Of a stretch of DNA of 32,000 nucleotides, positions 1 to 8,913 are shown piece by piece. A model generated the notes under the pieces. The model searched no databases and was not told the DNA's origin. It saw only the letters and a list, made by a program, of their open reading frames with translations. The stretch covers positions 2,250,001 through 2,282,000 of the forward strand of contig NZ_CP066019.1 in the NCBI RefSeq assembly GCF_016127575.1. Direction: 5' to 3'. Source of the stretch: Cupriavidus necator (GTDB taxonomy: Bacteria; Pseudomonadota; Gammaproteobacteria; Burkholderiales; Burkholderiaceae). Every line of letters begins with the position of its first letter. The stretch's first letter is position 1. A program made the translations under genes and the position numbers.

Positions 1-1
1 G

Positions 2-619
2 GTCTGGCGCACGGCCCGCGTGCCGGTGCTGCTGTGCATCGGCGCCAATACCATCGGCATTGCGGGGGTGTACTTCACCAACACCTTCATGATTGCCTAC
101 ACCACGCAATACCTGTCGCTGCCCAGGACGCTGATCCTCGACTGCCTGTTCGCCGTCGCCATCATCCAGTTCCTGGCGCAGCCGCTGGCCGCCTGGCTGG
201 CAGAGAAGCTTGGCGGCGCGCGCTTCCTCAAGCTGGCCGCGCTGCTGGCGATGGCTTCACCCTATCCGATGTTCCTGCTGGTGCAGACGCGCCAGGCGCC
301 GGCCATCGTGCTCGGCATCGCGCTGGCGGTGGTGTGCATGGCGAGCTTCTATTCGGTGATCGCGGGCTTTGTCAGCGGTGTCTTCGAAACGCGCGTGCGC
401 TACTCGGCGATCTCGTTGTCCTACCAGGTCTGCGGCGCGGTGGCGGGCGGGCTGACACCGCTGGTGGGGACCGTCCTCGCGCAGCGCTTCCAGGGCCAAT
501 GGTGGCCGCTGGCGGTGTTCTACACCTTGCTGGCCGGCGTGTCGCTGCTGTGCATCGCCAGCATCGATGCACGCCAGCGCCAGCAACCACAACCGGCCGC
601 GCAAGCCGCGCAGGCCTGA
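2..619 (+). CDS. MFS transporter (metabolite:H+ symporter-like), C-terminal part; 5' end lies outside the window
   Basis: The frame is open from the window edge, with no stop in codons 2-19 before the listed GTG at 20. It contains several hydrophobic helices. The segment FETRVRYSAISLSYQVCGAVAGGLTPLV parallels FPAQVRFSGLSFSYNVSYAIFGGLTPMV in the MFS paralog at 7521-8831. Stop at 617-619. Confidence 0.8.
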   Translation, partial: VWRTARVPVLLCIGANTIGIAGVYFTNTFMIAYTTQYLSLPRTLILDCLFAVAIIQFLAQPLAAWLAEKLGGARFLKLAALLAMASPYPMFLLVQTRQAPAIVLGIALAVVCMASFYSVIAGFVSGVFETRVRYSAISLSYQVCGAVAGGLTPLVGTVLAQRFQGQWWPLAVFYTLLAGVSLLCIASIDARQRQQPQPAAQAAQA

Positions 620-646
620 CGCCTTTCCACGGACATTGCAAACCCC

Positions 647-1678
647 ATGCTGACGTTTTTCCATCCCGAGCAATTGCTGCACCATCCGCAGAGCTACTAC
701 TCGCGCGGCAGGATGCGCTCGCCGCAGGAGCTGCCTGCGCGGGCGCAGCGGCTGGTCCAGGCGGCAGAGGCGCTTGGCTTCGCGCTCCACGCCCCCGCCG
801 ACCACGGCCTCGCGCCGCTTGCCGCGGTGCACGACCAGCCTTACCTGCAGTTCCTGCAGGACGCCCATGCCAGCTGGCGCGAGCTGCCGGAGGACTGGGG
901 CGACGAGGTCATGTCCAATATCTTCGTGCGCGAGCCCAACGCCCTGCGCGGCGTGCTGGCGCAGGCCGCGCGCTATCTCGCCGATGGCAGCTGCCCGGTG
1001 GGCCTGAACACCTGGCGCTCGGCCTACTGGTCGGCGCAGAGCGCGGTGGCCGGGGCCCGGGCGCTGCTGGACGGCGCGCGCCGCGCCTACGCCTTGTGCC
1101 GGCCGCCTGGCCATCATGCCCGGCGCGACGCGGCGGGCGGCTTCTGCTACCTGAACAATGCCGCGATCGCCGCCCAGGCCCTGCGCGCGCGCCTTGGCCG
1201 CGTGGCCATCCTCGATACCGACATGCACCACGGCCAGGGCATCCAGGAGATCTTCTACGACCGGGCCGATGTGCTCTACGTGTCGATCCACGGCGACCCG
1301 ACCAACTTCTATCCGGTGGTCGCGGGCTTCGACGATGAGCACGGCCGCGGCGCCGGCACCGGCCACAACCTCAACCTGCCGATGCCGCACCGTTCGCCCG
1401 AGTCCGTCTTCTTCGACAAGCTGGACACCGCACGCGGCGCCATCGAACGCTTCCAGGCAGACGCGCTGGTGCTGTCGCTCGGCTTCGACATCTACCGCGA
1501 GGATCCGCAGTCGCTGGTGGACGTGTCCACCGCAGGCTTCGGCCGCCTCGGCCGCGCCGTTGCCGCACTGGGCCTGCCCACGCTGGTCGTGCAGGAAGGC
1601 GGCTACCACCTCGATTCGCTCGCCGCCAATGCAACGGCCTTCTTCGGCGGCATCCAACAGTCAGGGACGGGCGTATGA
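647..1678 (+). CDS. Histone deacetylase-family amidohydrolase (acetylpolyamine/acetoin-utilisation type)
   Basis: ATG at 647. HDAC-fold signatures are RPPGHHA, GFCYLNN, ILDTDMHHGQG (Asp/His metal ligands) and QEGGYH (catalytic Tyr). The stop overlaps the next start (ATGA at 1675-1678). Confidence 0.85.
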   Translation: MLTFFHPEQLLHHPQSYYSRGRMRSPQELPARAQRLVQAAEALGFALHAPADHGLAPLAAVHDQPYLQFLQDAHASWRELPEDWGDEVMSNIFVREPNALRGVLAQAARYLADGSCPVGLNTWRSAYWSAQSAVAGARALLDGARRAYALCRPPGHHARRDAAGGFCYLNNAAIAAQALRARLGRVAILDTDMHHGQGIQEIFYDRADVLYVSIHGDPTNFYPVVAGFDDEHGRGAGTGHNLNLPMPHRSPESVFFDKLDTARGAIERFQADALVLSLGFDIYREDPQSLVDVSTAGFGRLGRAVAALGLPTLVVQEGGYHLDSLAANATAFFGGIQQSGTGV

Positions 1679-2916
1679 ACGCAATCACGATCAATGGCGA
1701 ACGCCTGTCGCAAGCGCTGATGGACCTGGCGCGGATCGGCGCCACGCCCAGGGGCGGCAATGCGCGTCTGGCCCTGACCGCGCTGGACGGGCAGGCGCGC
1801 GACCTCGTCACCGGCTGGATGCGCGACGCCGGCCTGGCGGTGCGCATCGACCGCGTGGGCAATATCTTCGGGCGCCGGGCGGGCCGCAACGACGCGCTTG
1901 CCCCGGTCATGACCGGCAGCCATATCGACACCCAGCCCACCGGCGGCAAGTTCGACGGATGCTATGGCGTGATGGCCGGGCTGGAAGTCATGCGCACGCT
2001 CAACCAGCACGGCGTGACCACCGAGGCGCCGCTGGAACTGGCGATCTGGACCAATGAGGAAGGCGCGCGCTTCGTGCCGGTGATGATGGGATCGGGCGTG
2101 TTCGCCGGCGTTTTCCCCGAAGCCACCGCTTTGACGGCAACCGACAACGCCGGCAAGTCCGTTGCCGGCGAACTCGCGGCGATCGACTATGCGGGCACCG
2201 CGCCGGTCGGCCACAAGGTTGGCGCGTACTTCGAGGCGCATATCGAGCAAGGCCCGATCCTCGAGGCCGAGGACAAGGTCATCGGCGTGGTGACGGGGTC
2301 GCTTGGCCTGCGCTGGTATGACGTCACGGTGACGGGCATGGAGGCGCATGCCGGCCCCACCCCCATGCCGCTGCGCCGGGACGCCCTGCATGGCGCTTCG
2401 TTCCTGTTCCAGGAAGTGGCGAAGATCGCGGACGACTTTGCCCCCGATGGCCGGGGGACGGTCGGGGTGGTCAATGTCCACCCGTCTTCACGCAACGTCA
2501 TTCCGGGGCGGGTACAGTTCAGCGTCGACCTTCGCCATCTCGATGGCGGCCAGCTCGACCGGATGGAAGCAAGGCTGCGCGCAGCGTGCGCGGCGCTGGC
2601 CAGCGGCAGCACTACAGGTGCCGCGCTGGCGGTGGAAGTCGAAGCGATCCAGCGCTTCGAGCCGACGCCCTTCGCGCCCGAGCTTGTGGCCCATGTCCGG
2701 CACGCGGCCGCGGCGCGTGGCTACACGCATTGCGACATCGTCACCGGCGCTGGCCACGACGCGGTCTACCTGGCCAGGGTAGCGCCGGCGGCAATGATCT
2801 TCGTGCCGTGCAAGGACGGCATCAGCCATAACGAGATCGAGGACGCCAGGCCCGAGCATCTCGAGGCGGGCGCCAATGTGCTGCTTGCCGCCATGCTGGC
2901 GCAAGCCCGGGGCTGA
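1675..2916 (+). CDS. M20-family Zn amidase (N-carbamoyl-L-amino-acid / allantoate amidohydrolase type)
   Basis: Motifs GSHIDTQPTGGKFDGCYGVMAGLEV, WTNEEGARF, EAHIEQGPILE and TGAGHDAVY are typical of the hydantoinase/carbamoylase-family amidases. It is translationally coupled to the HDAC-like gene by a 4-bp overlap. Confidence 0.85.
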   Translation: MNAITINGERLSQALMDLARIGATPRGGNARLALTALDGQARDLVTGWMRDAGLAVRIDRVGNIFGRRAGRNDALAPVMTGSHIDTQPTGGKFDGCYGVMAGLEVMRTLNQHGVTTEAPLELAIWTNEEGARFVPVMMGSGVFAGVFPEATALTATDNAGKSVAGELAAIDYAGTAPVGHKVGAYFEAHIEQGPILEAEDKVIGVVTGSLGLRWYDVTVTGMEAHAGPTPMPLRRDALHGASFLFQEVAKIADDFAPDGRGTVGVVNVHPSSRNVIPGRVQFSVDLRHLDGGQLDRMEARLRAACAALASGSTTGAALAVEVEAIQRFEPTPFAPELVAHVRHAAAARGYTHCDIVTGAGHDAVYLARVAPAAMIFVPCKDGISHNEIEDARPEHLEAGANVLLAAMLAQARG

Positions 2917-2955
2917 GCCCGCATGGGTCGGCCGGACAGGAAAGTGCGTGCGGCG

Positions 2956-3153
2956 TTACAGCTCGATCATGGCGAATTCGGCCTTGCCGACGTCGCATTC
3001 CGGGCAGCGCCAGTCCTCGGGGATGTCTTCCCAGCGCGTGCCGGGGGCGATGCCGTCTTCCGGCCAGCCCTGTTCTTCGTCGTAGACCCAGCCGCAGATC
3101 ACGCACACCCAGGTCTTGTAGGCGACGGCGGCTTCCAATTGATCCTGCTGCAA
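2956..3153 (-). CDS. Rubredoxin
   Basis: Two CxxC knuckles in classic context: [13 protein letters not shown] and [14 protein letters not shown]. The start codon is TTG at 3153-3151, preceded by AGGAG with a 6-nt spacer (reverse complement of 3160-3164). Confidence 0.9.
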   Translation of the reverse strand: MQQDQLEAAVAYKTWVCVICGWVYDEEQGWPEDGIAPGTRWEDIPEDWRCPECDVGKAEFAMIEL

Positions 3154-3226
3154 AACACACTCCTGAATCGGCTATGGAACGGATTGTCCGGGCCGAATCA
3201 TACCGGTTTTCCGGGCCGGGCCTGTG

Positions 3227-3252
3227 GCGGCGCCGCACCGTGCGGCGCTGCC
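3227..3252 (-). terminator. GC-rich hairpin downstream of the DUF748 gene, without a U-tract
   Basis: GCGCCGCA (3230-3237) pairs with TGCGGCGC (3241-3248) across a 3-nt loop. The stem can extend with one bulge to 3227/3252. It lies 8-12 nt past the stop at 3260-3262. There is no T-run, so it may stabilise the transcript rather than act as a true intrinsic terminator. Confidence 0.35.
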
Positions 3253-3259
3253 GCCCCGG

Positions 3260-6200
3260 CTAGCCGCGAATGGAGAAGTCCACGCGGTTGGGCGCGCCCT
3301 TGTCCTTGATGCCCTCGGCGCTGAGCTTGGGCGCGGTCAGGAACAGCCGGCTCTCCGACACCTTGCCCTCGCGTTCGAGCGACTGCTTGACCACCAGTGC
3401 GCGTTGCTCGGCCAGGCGCTTCAGGTCGGCCTCGGTGACCGTGGCGTTGGCCATCAGCAGCTTTTCCATTTCCTCGGGCGGCAGGGATTTGGTGAAGCCG
3501 ACGAAGTTGCGCGGCTTCTTCATCGATGTGCGCTTGTAGACCTGCTCCAGGTACTTCGGGTACTCCTGTTTCGAGACCTTGATCTCGGCGCCCTGCTCGC
3601 CGGCTTCGTCGTTGTCGGCCTCGCCGCCCACCTGTGCGCTGTCGCGCTGGTCGCGCCGCTTCTGCTCGGCCACGCGCGCATCCAGCCACGCGCGGCGCGC
3701 GCCGGCCTCGTCGGTGGCCGGGTCGATGCGGCCGCTGATTTCCAGCCGCAGCGCGGGCCTGTCATTGAGCGCCTGGCCCAGCTTGGTGATCTTGTCCCTG
3801 GCCGCCGGCGTCAGCGCCGCGGTGCCGGGCGCGAACTCGACATAGCCCAGCTCCTCGCCCCCGCCGCCGCCAAAGGCCGAGGCGATCAGCGAGAACGGCG
3901 ACGTGATCGCCTTGGTCAGCAGATTGACGATCACGCGCACGATCACGCCGCCGATGCTGAACTCCGGATCCGACAACGAGCCCGACACCGGCAGGTTCAC
4001 GTCGATCACGCCGTTGCGGTCCTTCAGCAGCGACACCGCCAGCAGCACCGGCAGCTTGGTCGCATCCGGGCTGTCGACGCGCTCGCCGAAGGTGAGCTGG
4101 TCCAGGAACAGGTGGTTGCTCGCATCGAGCTTGCCGTTCTCGATCTTGTAGGCCACGTCCACCGTCAGCTTGCCCTTGGTGATCGGGTAGCCGGCGTACT
4201 TGGCCGCATACGGCGTGAGCCGCGTCAGTTCCACGCCCGAGGCCTTGGCGGCAATGTCCAGGAACAGCTGCTCACCCAGCGGATTGAGCTTGCCGCTGAT
4301 ATTGACCGGCGCATCGTCGTCGATGCGGCCATCCAGCACCAGGTCGGCCGGCGTGGGGTCGCCCGACGACACCTTGGACACCTTGCCCTTCATGCCGGTC
4401 AGGTTGGCCGTGTAGTTGGGCTTGACGAAGAAGTCCGAGAAATTGATATTGCCCTTCTCGACCGAGACCCCGCCGATGCGCACCTGCGGCTTGGGGCCGC
4501 CCGGCTTCTGCTCGACCTGGGCCGTACGCGTATCACCGGTCTGCACCGGCGGCGTTGCCGGCGCCGAGGCCGGGTTGGCCTGCGTCAGGCTGGTCGATGG
4601 CGCCGCCTCGCCCTTCTCGGCGCCGCCGGCCATCACGTCCTGCAGGTTCAGGCGGCCGTTGGCGTTCAGGATCACGCGGGCATAGAAGTCAGACAGCGCG
4701 ACATTGCCCAGGCTCACGCGCATCGGGCCCTTGCTCTCGTCCATGGCGAAGTCGATGCCCGATACCGCCAGCGAACGCCAGCGCAGGAAGTCTTCGCCGC
4801 TGACGCGGTCCACCGTGCGCACGTTGCCGGTTTGCACGTTGCCGCTGAACTGCGCGGCGATGGGCTTGCCGGTTGGCGCATCGACATTGAGCTTGCCCCT
4901 TGCCGTCAGCGTGCCGGTGCGCAGGGCGGCGTTGAAGCGGTCAGCCAGATAGGGCTGGAGCGGGCTCACCTCGACCTCGCGCAGGTCCAGCTGCAGCCGG
5001 CTGGCGGGGACGGTCGGCAACACCGTGCCATCGACGCCGATCACGCCGCGGCGACCGGATTCGGCATGCAGCTTGAGCGGCACCGCCGCCGGCGTCAGCG
5101 GCCAGGCGACCGAGCCGGTGCTCAGCGCGATATTGCGGAACTGGTGGATCACCGGGCGGCCGCGGTTGGCCCCGGCCGGCTGGTAGTCGGCCAGGCGGGC
5201 GCTGCCGCCTTCCACCGTGACCTTGCCGATGTCTGCCTTCCAGCCGCCACCCGCTGGCTTGCCGTTGGTGGCGGGTGCGGCTGCTCCATTCCGGCGCGGC
5301 GTGGCGCGCACCTGCTGCGCCGATTCGGTAGCCCACAGGCGCGCCATCTCGATCAGCTCGCCGCTGTGGTCGCGCGTGGCAGCGAGCTGCGGCCTGGCCA
5401 GGGTGACCTGGCTGGTGGCGAAGGTCTGCTTGGCCAGGTCGAACTGGATATCGTCCAGCACCAGTTTTTCAGCCTGCAGCAGCGGCAGGTTGGCGCCCTC
5501 GCGGTCGGCGGCGCGCTCACGCGCGCGGCGTGCGCTGCGCGGGGCGGCATTGTCGTTGCCGGCGGGTCTTGCACTGGCATCGGCATCGCGTGCGGCGGCC
5601 GGAACCGGCATCGTCACCGGATCGCGCGTGGCCACGTAGAGCGGCGCCAGTTCCAGCCGCGATTTTTCCAGCACGAACTGGAACTGCGGCGTGCCCCACG
5701 ACATGCGGTAGTTCAGTTCGGCATTGACCGCGGTAGTGCCGAACTGGCTGCGCAGCTCGCGCGGCCACCATGCGGCAAACCCCTGCGGCCGCAGGCCGGT
5801 GGTTTCCAGCGTGCCGGCCATCGAGCCGTCGCGCAGCAGCAGGTCGCCGGCATGGTGCAGGGTCTGGCCATCGGCCACGGTCAGCGTGGCCTCGATCCTG
5901 GCCGGCTTGTCGCCGTCGGTGCCGGCGAAGCCCTTGACCTCGGCATCGAGCGGGCCGAGTGCAAGCTTGCCCGGGCCCGATGGCGCCAGCGCATCTTCAA
6001 ACCCCAGCCGGGCCTGCCTGACGACGATGCGGTCGACCGCATAGCGCCACGGCACGTCTTTTGGCGCCGCCTTGGCCGGCGCCGCCTGCACCCCCGAGGC
6101 GGCGGCCGCTGCCGGCGCCGAGGCAGGCGCCGGCGCGGGCGCCACGCCATCCGTGGATTTGCTGACCGCCTGTGGCAGGAACGCCGTGGCCAGGTTCAGC

Positions 6201-7249
6201 GAGCCATCCGCGCGCCGCGCGGCTTCCACGCCCAGCCCCTCGATCTCAACGCTGCGCAGCTGCGCGCGGTGAGCCAGCGGCTCGAGCTTGCCGATATCCA
6301 CCGCCAGGCGGCCGCTCTTGACCAGCGGCTGGCCGACGCGCGTGACGACCTCGGCATCGCGCAACGCGGCCGTGCCCATCACCAGCATCTCCTGCGTGTC
6401 CTTCTGCTGTCGGAATGCCACGGTCAGGCGCGTATCGAGCTTGCCGGACTTGACCTCGGCATCGCGCAGCGGCGGCGCGAACGCCATCAGGCGCGCGACC
6501 TCCAGGCCGTCTAGGTTGACGTTGAGCCGGGTCTGGCGCGAATCGGCAAACGGCAGCACTTCGCCGTCCAGCGCCAGCGGCGTGCCGTTGACCCGTGCGC
6601 TCAGCGTGGGCCGCGTCACGATCTCGACGTCATGCGGCAGGTTCGACAGGAACGGCAGGGTCAGCGTCAGGTTGTCGACGCGCAGGCTGGAACCGAGCTG
6701 CTTGTCGTCATAGCCGAAGCTGCTGCCGGTAACTGCGATGTTGTTGACCGAAAAGCGCGCCGGCTTGGCATCGGGCGGCTTGGGCGGCAGGGCAGCAAGC
6801 TTCTCCTGGACGTCGGCAAAGCTCATGCGGCCGTCGGCGTCGCGCACCACGTGCACGGCCAGCCGGTCGACGTGGAGGTTGTCCACCACCGGCGCCAGGT
6901 GCCAGACCGAGGCCAGCGAGGTATTGGCCTCGGCCTCGCCCAGCGTCAGCGCGGGGGTCTTGCCATCGCGCTCATAGATAGTGAGATCGGTCAGCGTGGC
7001 CGCCAGCTCGAACGGGCGCACGTGGGCCCTGCCCAGCGTAACCTTGCGCCCCAGCGCGTCGGTCGCGTTCTTTTCAATCAGGTATTTGAGCAGCGGCGGG
7101 CCGCCAAAATACCCGGCCAGCCCAAACACCGCGAGCGCCGCGACCACGCCGCCGGCGACGCGCGTCGTCAGCCGGCCGCGTGGCGTGGCAGCCACTGCCT
7201 GGATGGATTGCTTGAAAGCCATGTCGTTCCAGAAGATCTGACCCCGCAT
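3260..7249 (-). CDS. DUF748 domain-containing large envelope protein (AsmA-like family)
   Basis: 1329-aa ORF with an N-terminal anchor (VAGGVVAALAVFGLAGYFGG). The body is long and beta-rich, with repeated segments of the LTxxxL / VxxGxLxV type and Ala/Pro linkers. The charged C-terminal tail (KQEYPKYLEQVYKR...RVDFSIRG) is as I remember for DUF748 proteins. An alternative ATG at 7222 (MAFKQS) is possible, and neither start has a strong SD. Confidence 0.75.
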   Translation of the reverse strand: MRGQIFWNDMAFKQSIQAVAATPRGRLTTRVAGGVVAALAVFGLAGYFGGPPLLKYLIEKNATDALGRKVTLGRAHVRPFELAATLTDLTIYERDGKTPALTLGEAEANTSLASVWHLAPVVDNLHVDRLAVHVVRDADGRMSFADVQEKLAALPPKPPDAKPARFSVNNIAVTGSSFGYDDKQLGSSLRVDNLTLTLPFLSNLPHDVEIVTRPTLSARVNGTPLALDGEVLPFADSRQTRLNVNLDGLEVARLMAFAPPLRDAEVKSGKLDTRLTVAFRQQKDTQEMLVMGTAALRDAEVVTRVGQPLVKSGRLAVDIGKLEPLAHRAQLRSVEIEGLGVEAARRADGSLNLATAFLPQAVSKSTDGVAPAPAPASAPAAAAASGVQAAPAKAAPKDVPWRYAVDRIVVRQARLGFEDALAPSGPGKLALGPLDAEVKGFAGTDGDKPARIEATLTVADGQTLHHAGDLLLRDGSMAGTLETTGLRPQGFAAWWPRELRSQFGTTAVNAELNYRMSWGTPQFQFVLEKSRLELAPLYVATRDPVTMPVPAAARDADASARPAGNDNAAPRSARRARERAADREGANLPLLQAEKLVLDDIQFDLAKQTFATSQVTLARPQLAATRDHSGELIEMARLWATESAQQVRATPRRNGAAAPATNGKPAGGGWKADIGKVTVEGGSARLADYQPAGANRGRPVIHQFRNIALSTGSVAWPLTPAAVPLKLHAESGRRGVIGVDGTVLPTVPASRLQLDLREVEVSPLQPYLADRFNAALRTGTLTARGKLNVDAPTGKPIAAQFSGNVQTGNVRTVDRVSGEDFLRWRSLAVSGIDFAMDESKGPMRVSLGNVALSDFYARVILNANGRLNLQDVMAGGAEKGEAAPSTSLTQANPASAPATPPVQTGDTRTAQVEQKPGGPKPQVRIGGVSVEKGNINFSDFFVKPNYTANLTGMKGKVSKVSSGDPTPADLVLDGRIDDDAPVNISGKLNPLGEQLFLDIAAKASGVELTRLTPYAAKYAGYPITKGKLTVDVAYKIENGKLDASNHLFLDQLTFGERVDSPDATKLPVLLAVSLLKDRNGVIDVNLPVSGSLSDPEFSIGGVIVRVIVNLLTKAITSPFSLIASAFGGGGGEELGYVEFAPGTAALTPAARDKITKLGQALNDRPALRLEISGRIDPATDEAGARRAWLDARVAEQKRRDQRDSAQVGGEADNDEAGEQGAEIKVSKQEYPKYLEQVYKRTSMKKPRNFVGFTKSLPPEEMEKLLMANATVTEADLKRLAEQRALVVKQSLEREGKVSESRLFLTAPKLSAEGIKDKGAPNRVDFSIRG

Positions 7250-7520
7250 TCCGGCGCTGCACGATGGTTTGTGCCCCGGATTTCACATTTTTCGACATTA
7301 TGGCAACGGTTTCGGACAAAGCAAAGAAATCAGAATTGACCCCTCAACGCTGCGTAGGCCGATCTGGTATCTTTACGCCCTTTGCGAAGCGTTTCGTCGC
7401 AAGCCTGCGGCTTACCCGCCACATCGGGCCTGCCTCCCCTGCGCTGTACCCTCCGGCCACACCCATCACGTATTCCGTGCTGCGCGCTTCGCATGCGATC
7501 TCTTCCATGCGAGTCCATTC

Positions 7521-8831
7521 ATGTCTACCACCAGCAGTACCGCCGCAGGTATCGGCGCGCCGCGAGCCAGCGCGCGCCCGCTGACCGGCCAGGATTACAA
7601 GACCCTTGCCCTTGCCGCGCTTGGCGGCGCCCTTGAGTTCTACGACTTCATCATCTTCGTTTTTTTCGCGACGGTCATCGGGCAGCTGTTCTTCCCGCCG
7701 TCGGTGCCGGACTGGCTGCGCCAGTTGCAGACCTTCGGCATTTTCGCGGCCGGCTACCTGGCCCGGCCGCTGGGCGGCATCATCATGGCGCACTTCGGTG
7801 ACCTGCTCGGCCGCAAGAAGATGTTCACGCTGTCGATCCTGCTGATGTCGGTGCCCACGCTGCTGATGGGCCTGATGCCCACCTACCAGTCGATCGGCCT
7901 GGCCGCGCCGGTGCTGCTGCTGGTGCTGCGCATCCTGCAAGGCGCGGCCGTCGGCGGCGAAGTGCCCGGCGCCTGGGTGTTCGTATCGGAGCACGTGCCG
8001 GCGCGCCATGTCGGCTATGCCTGCGGCACGCTGACCGCGGGGCTGACTGCCGGCATCCTGCTGGGTTCGCTGGTCGCCACCGGCATCAACAGCGTCTTCA
8101 CCCCGGCCGAGCTGGCCGACCACGGCTGGCGCGTGCCGTTCCTGATCGGCGGCGTGTTCGGCATCGCCTCGATGTACCTGCGGCGCTGGCTGCATGAGAC
8201 GCCGGTCTTCGCCGAACTGCAGAAGCGCAAGGCGCTGGCCGCGGAAATGCCGCTGAAGTCGGTGGTGCGCAACCACCGCGGCAGCGTCGCGGTGTCGATG
8301 CTGCTGACCTGGATGCTGTCGGCCGGCATCGTGGTGGTGATCCTGATGACGCCCACCTTCCTGCAGAAGCTGTATGGCTTTGACGCGCGCACGGCACTGG
8401 TCGCCAACAGCGTCGCCACGCTGTGCCTGACGATCGGCTGTGTCGTCTCCGGCGCATTAGCCGACCGCATCGGTGCGCGCCGCACGCTGTTCGTCGGCGG
8501 CCTGCTGCTGGCCATCTGCGCCTATATGTTCTACACGACGATCTTCACCCGCCCCGACCTGCTGCTGCCGCTCTATGCGCTGACCGGCTTCCTGGTCGGC
8601 ACCATCGGCGCGGTGCCGTTCGTGCTGGTCAATGCGTTCCCGGCGCAGGTGCGCTTCTCGGGCCTGTCATTCTCGTACAACGTGTCGTATGCGATCTTCG
8701 GCGGGCTGACGCCGATGGTCGTCACGCTGATGCTGAAGCAGGATCCGCTGGCACCGGCCCACTATGTGGTCGCGCTGTGCGTGCTGGGCATGGTGACTGC
8801 GCTGTTCGTCAAGGACCGCTCGCGCGGCTGA
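7521..8831 (+). CDS. MFS transporter, metabolite:H+ symporter (ProP/KgtP-like) family
   Basis: The track ORF starts at 7269, but the first 84 residues are Arg/Cys/His-rich junk. The in-frame ATG at 7521 (MSTTSSTAAG...) is followed by LGGALEFYDFIIFVFFA and GDLLGRKKMF, 12 predicted helices and an MHS-type signature. 436 aa. Confidence 0.85.
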   Translation: MSTTSSTAAGIGAPRASARPLTGQDYKTLALAALGGALEFYDFIIFVFFATVIGQLFFPPSVPDWLRQLQTFGIFAAGYLARPLGGIIMAHFGDLLGRKKMFTLSILLMSVPTLLMGLMPTYQSIGLAAPVLLLVLRILQGAAVGGEVPGAWVFVSEHVPARHVGYACGTLTAGLTAGILLGSLVATGINSVFTPAELADHGWRVPFLIGGVFGIASMYLRRWLHETPVFAELQKRKALAAEMPLKSVVRNHRGSVAVSMLLTWMLSAGIVVVILMTPTFLQKLYGFDARTALVANSVATLCLTIGCVVSGALADRIGARRTLFVGGLLLAICAYMFYTTIFTRPDLLLPLYALTGFLVGTIGAVPFVLVNAFPAQVRFSGLSFSYNVSYAIFGGLTPMVVTLMLKQDPLAPAHYVVALCVLGMVTALFVKDRSRG

Positions 8832-8847
8832 CGCGGCTGCTGCAAGG

Positions 8848-8877
8848 AAAAAGGGAGGGCAGGCGCCCTCCCTTTAC
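8848..8877. terminator. Bidirectional intrinsic terminator between convergent genes
   Basis: GGGAGGGC (8853-8860) pairs with GCCCTCCC (8865-8872) across loop AGGC. It is flanked by AAAAA upstream and TTT downstream, so a U-tract exists on both strands. Confidence 0.75.
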
Positions 8878-8913
8878 TTGTGCGCGCTTGATGCGCATTG
8901 GTGCTGCCCGACT

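Noticed and set aside
257-1657. 466-aa minus-strand ORF, and the 34-1338 plus-strand ORF
   Set aside because: These are shadow or alternate-frame ORFs overlapping the MFS and HDAC-like genes. They have no motifs and their composition is dominated by Arg/Ala/Gly/Pro.
3224-6514. 1096-aa ORF on the plus strand
   Set aside because: It is entirely antisense to the DUF748 gene. Its composition is Arg/Ala/Gly/Leu-rich low complexity with no motifs. This is a typical shadow ORF created by high third-position GC on the true coding strand.
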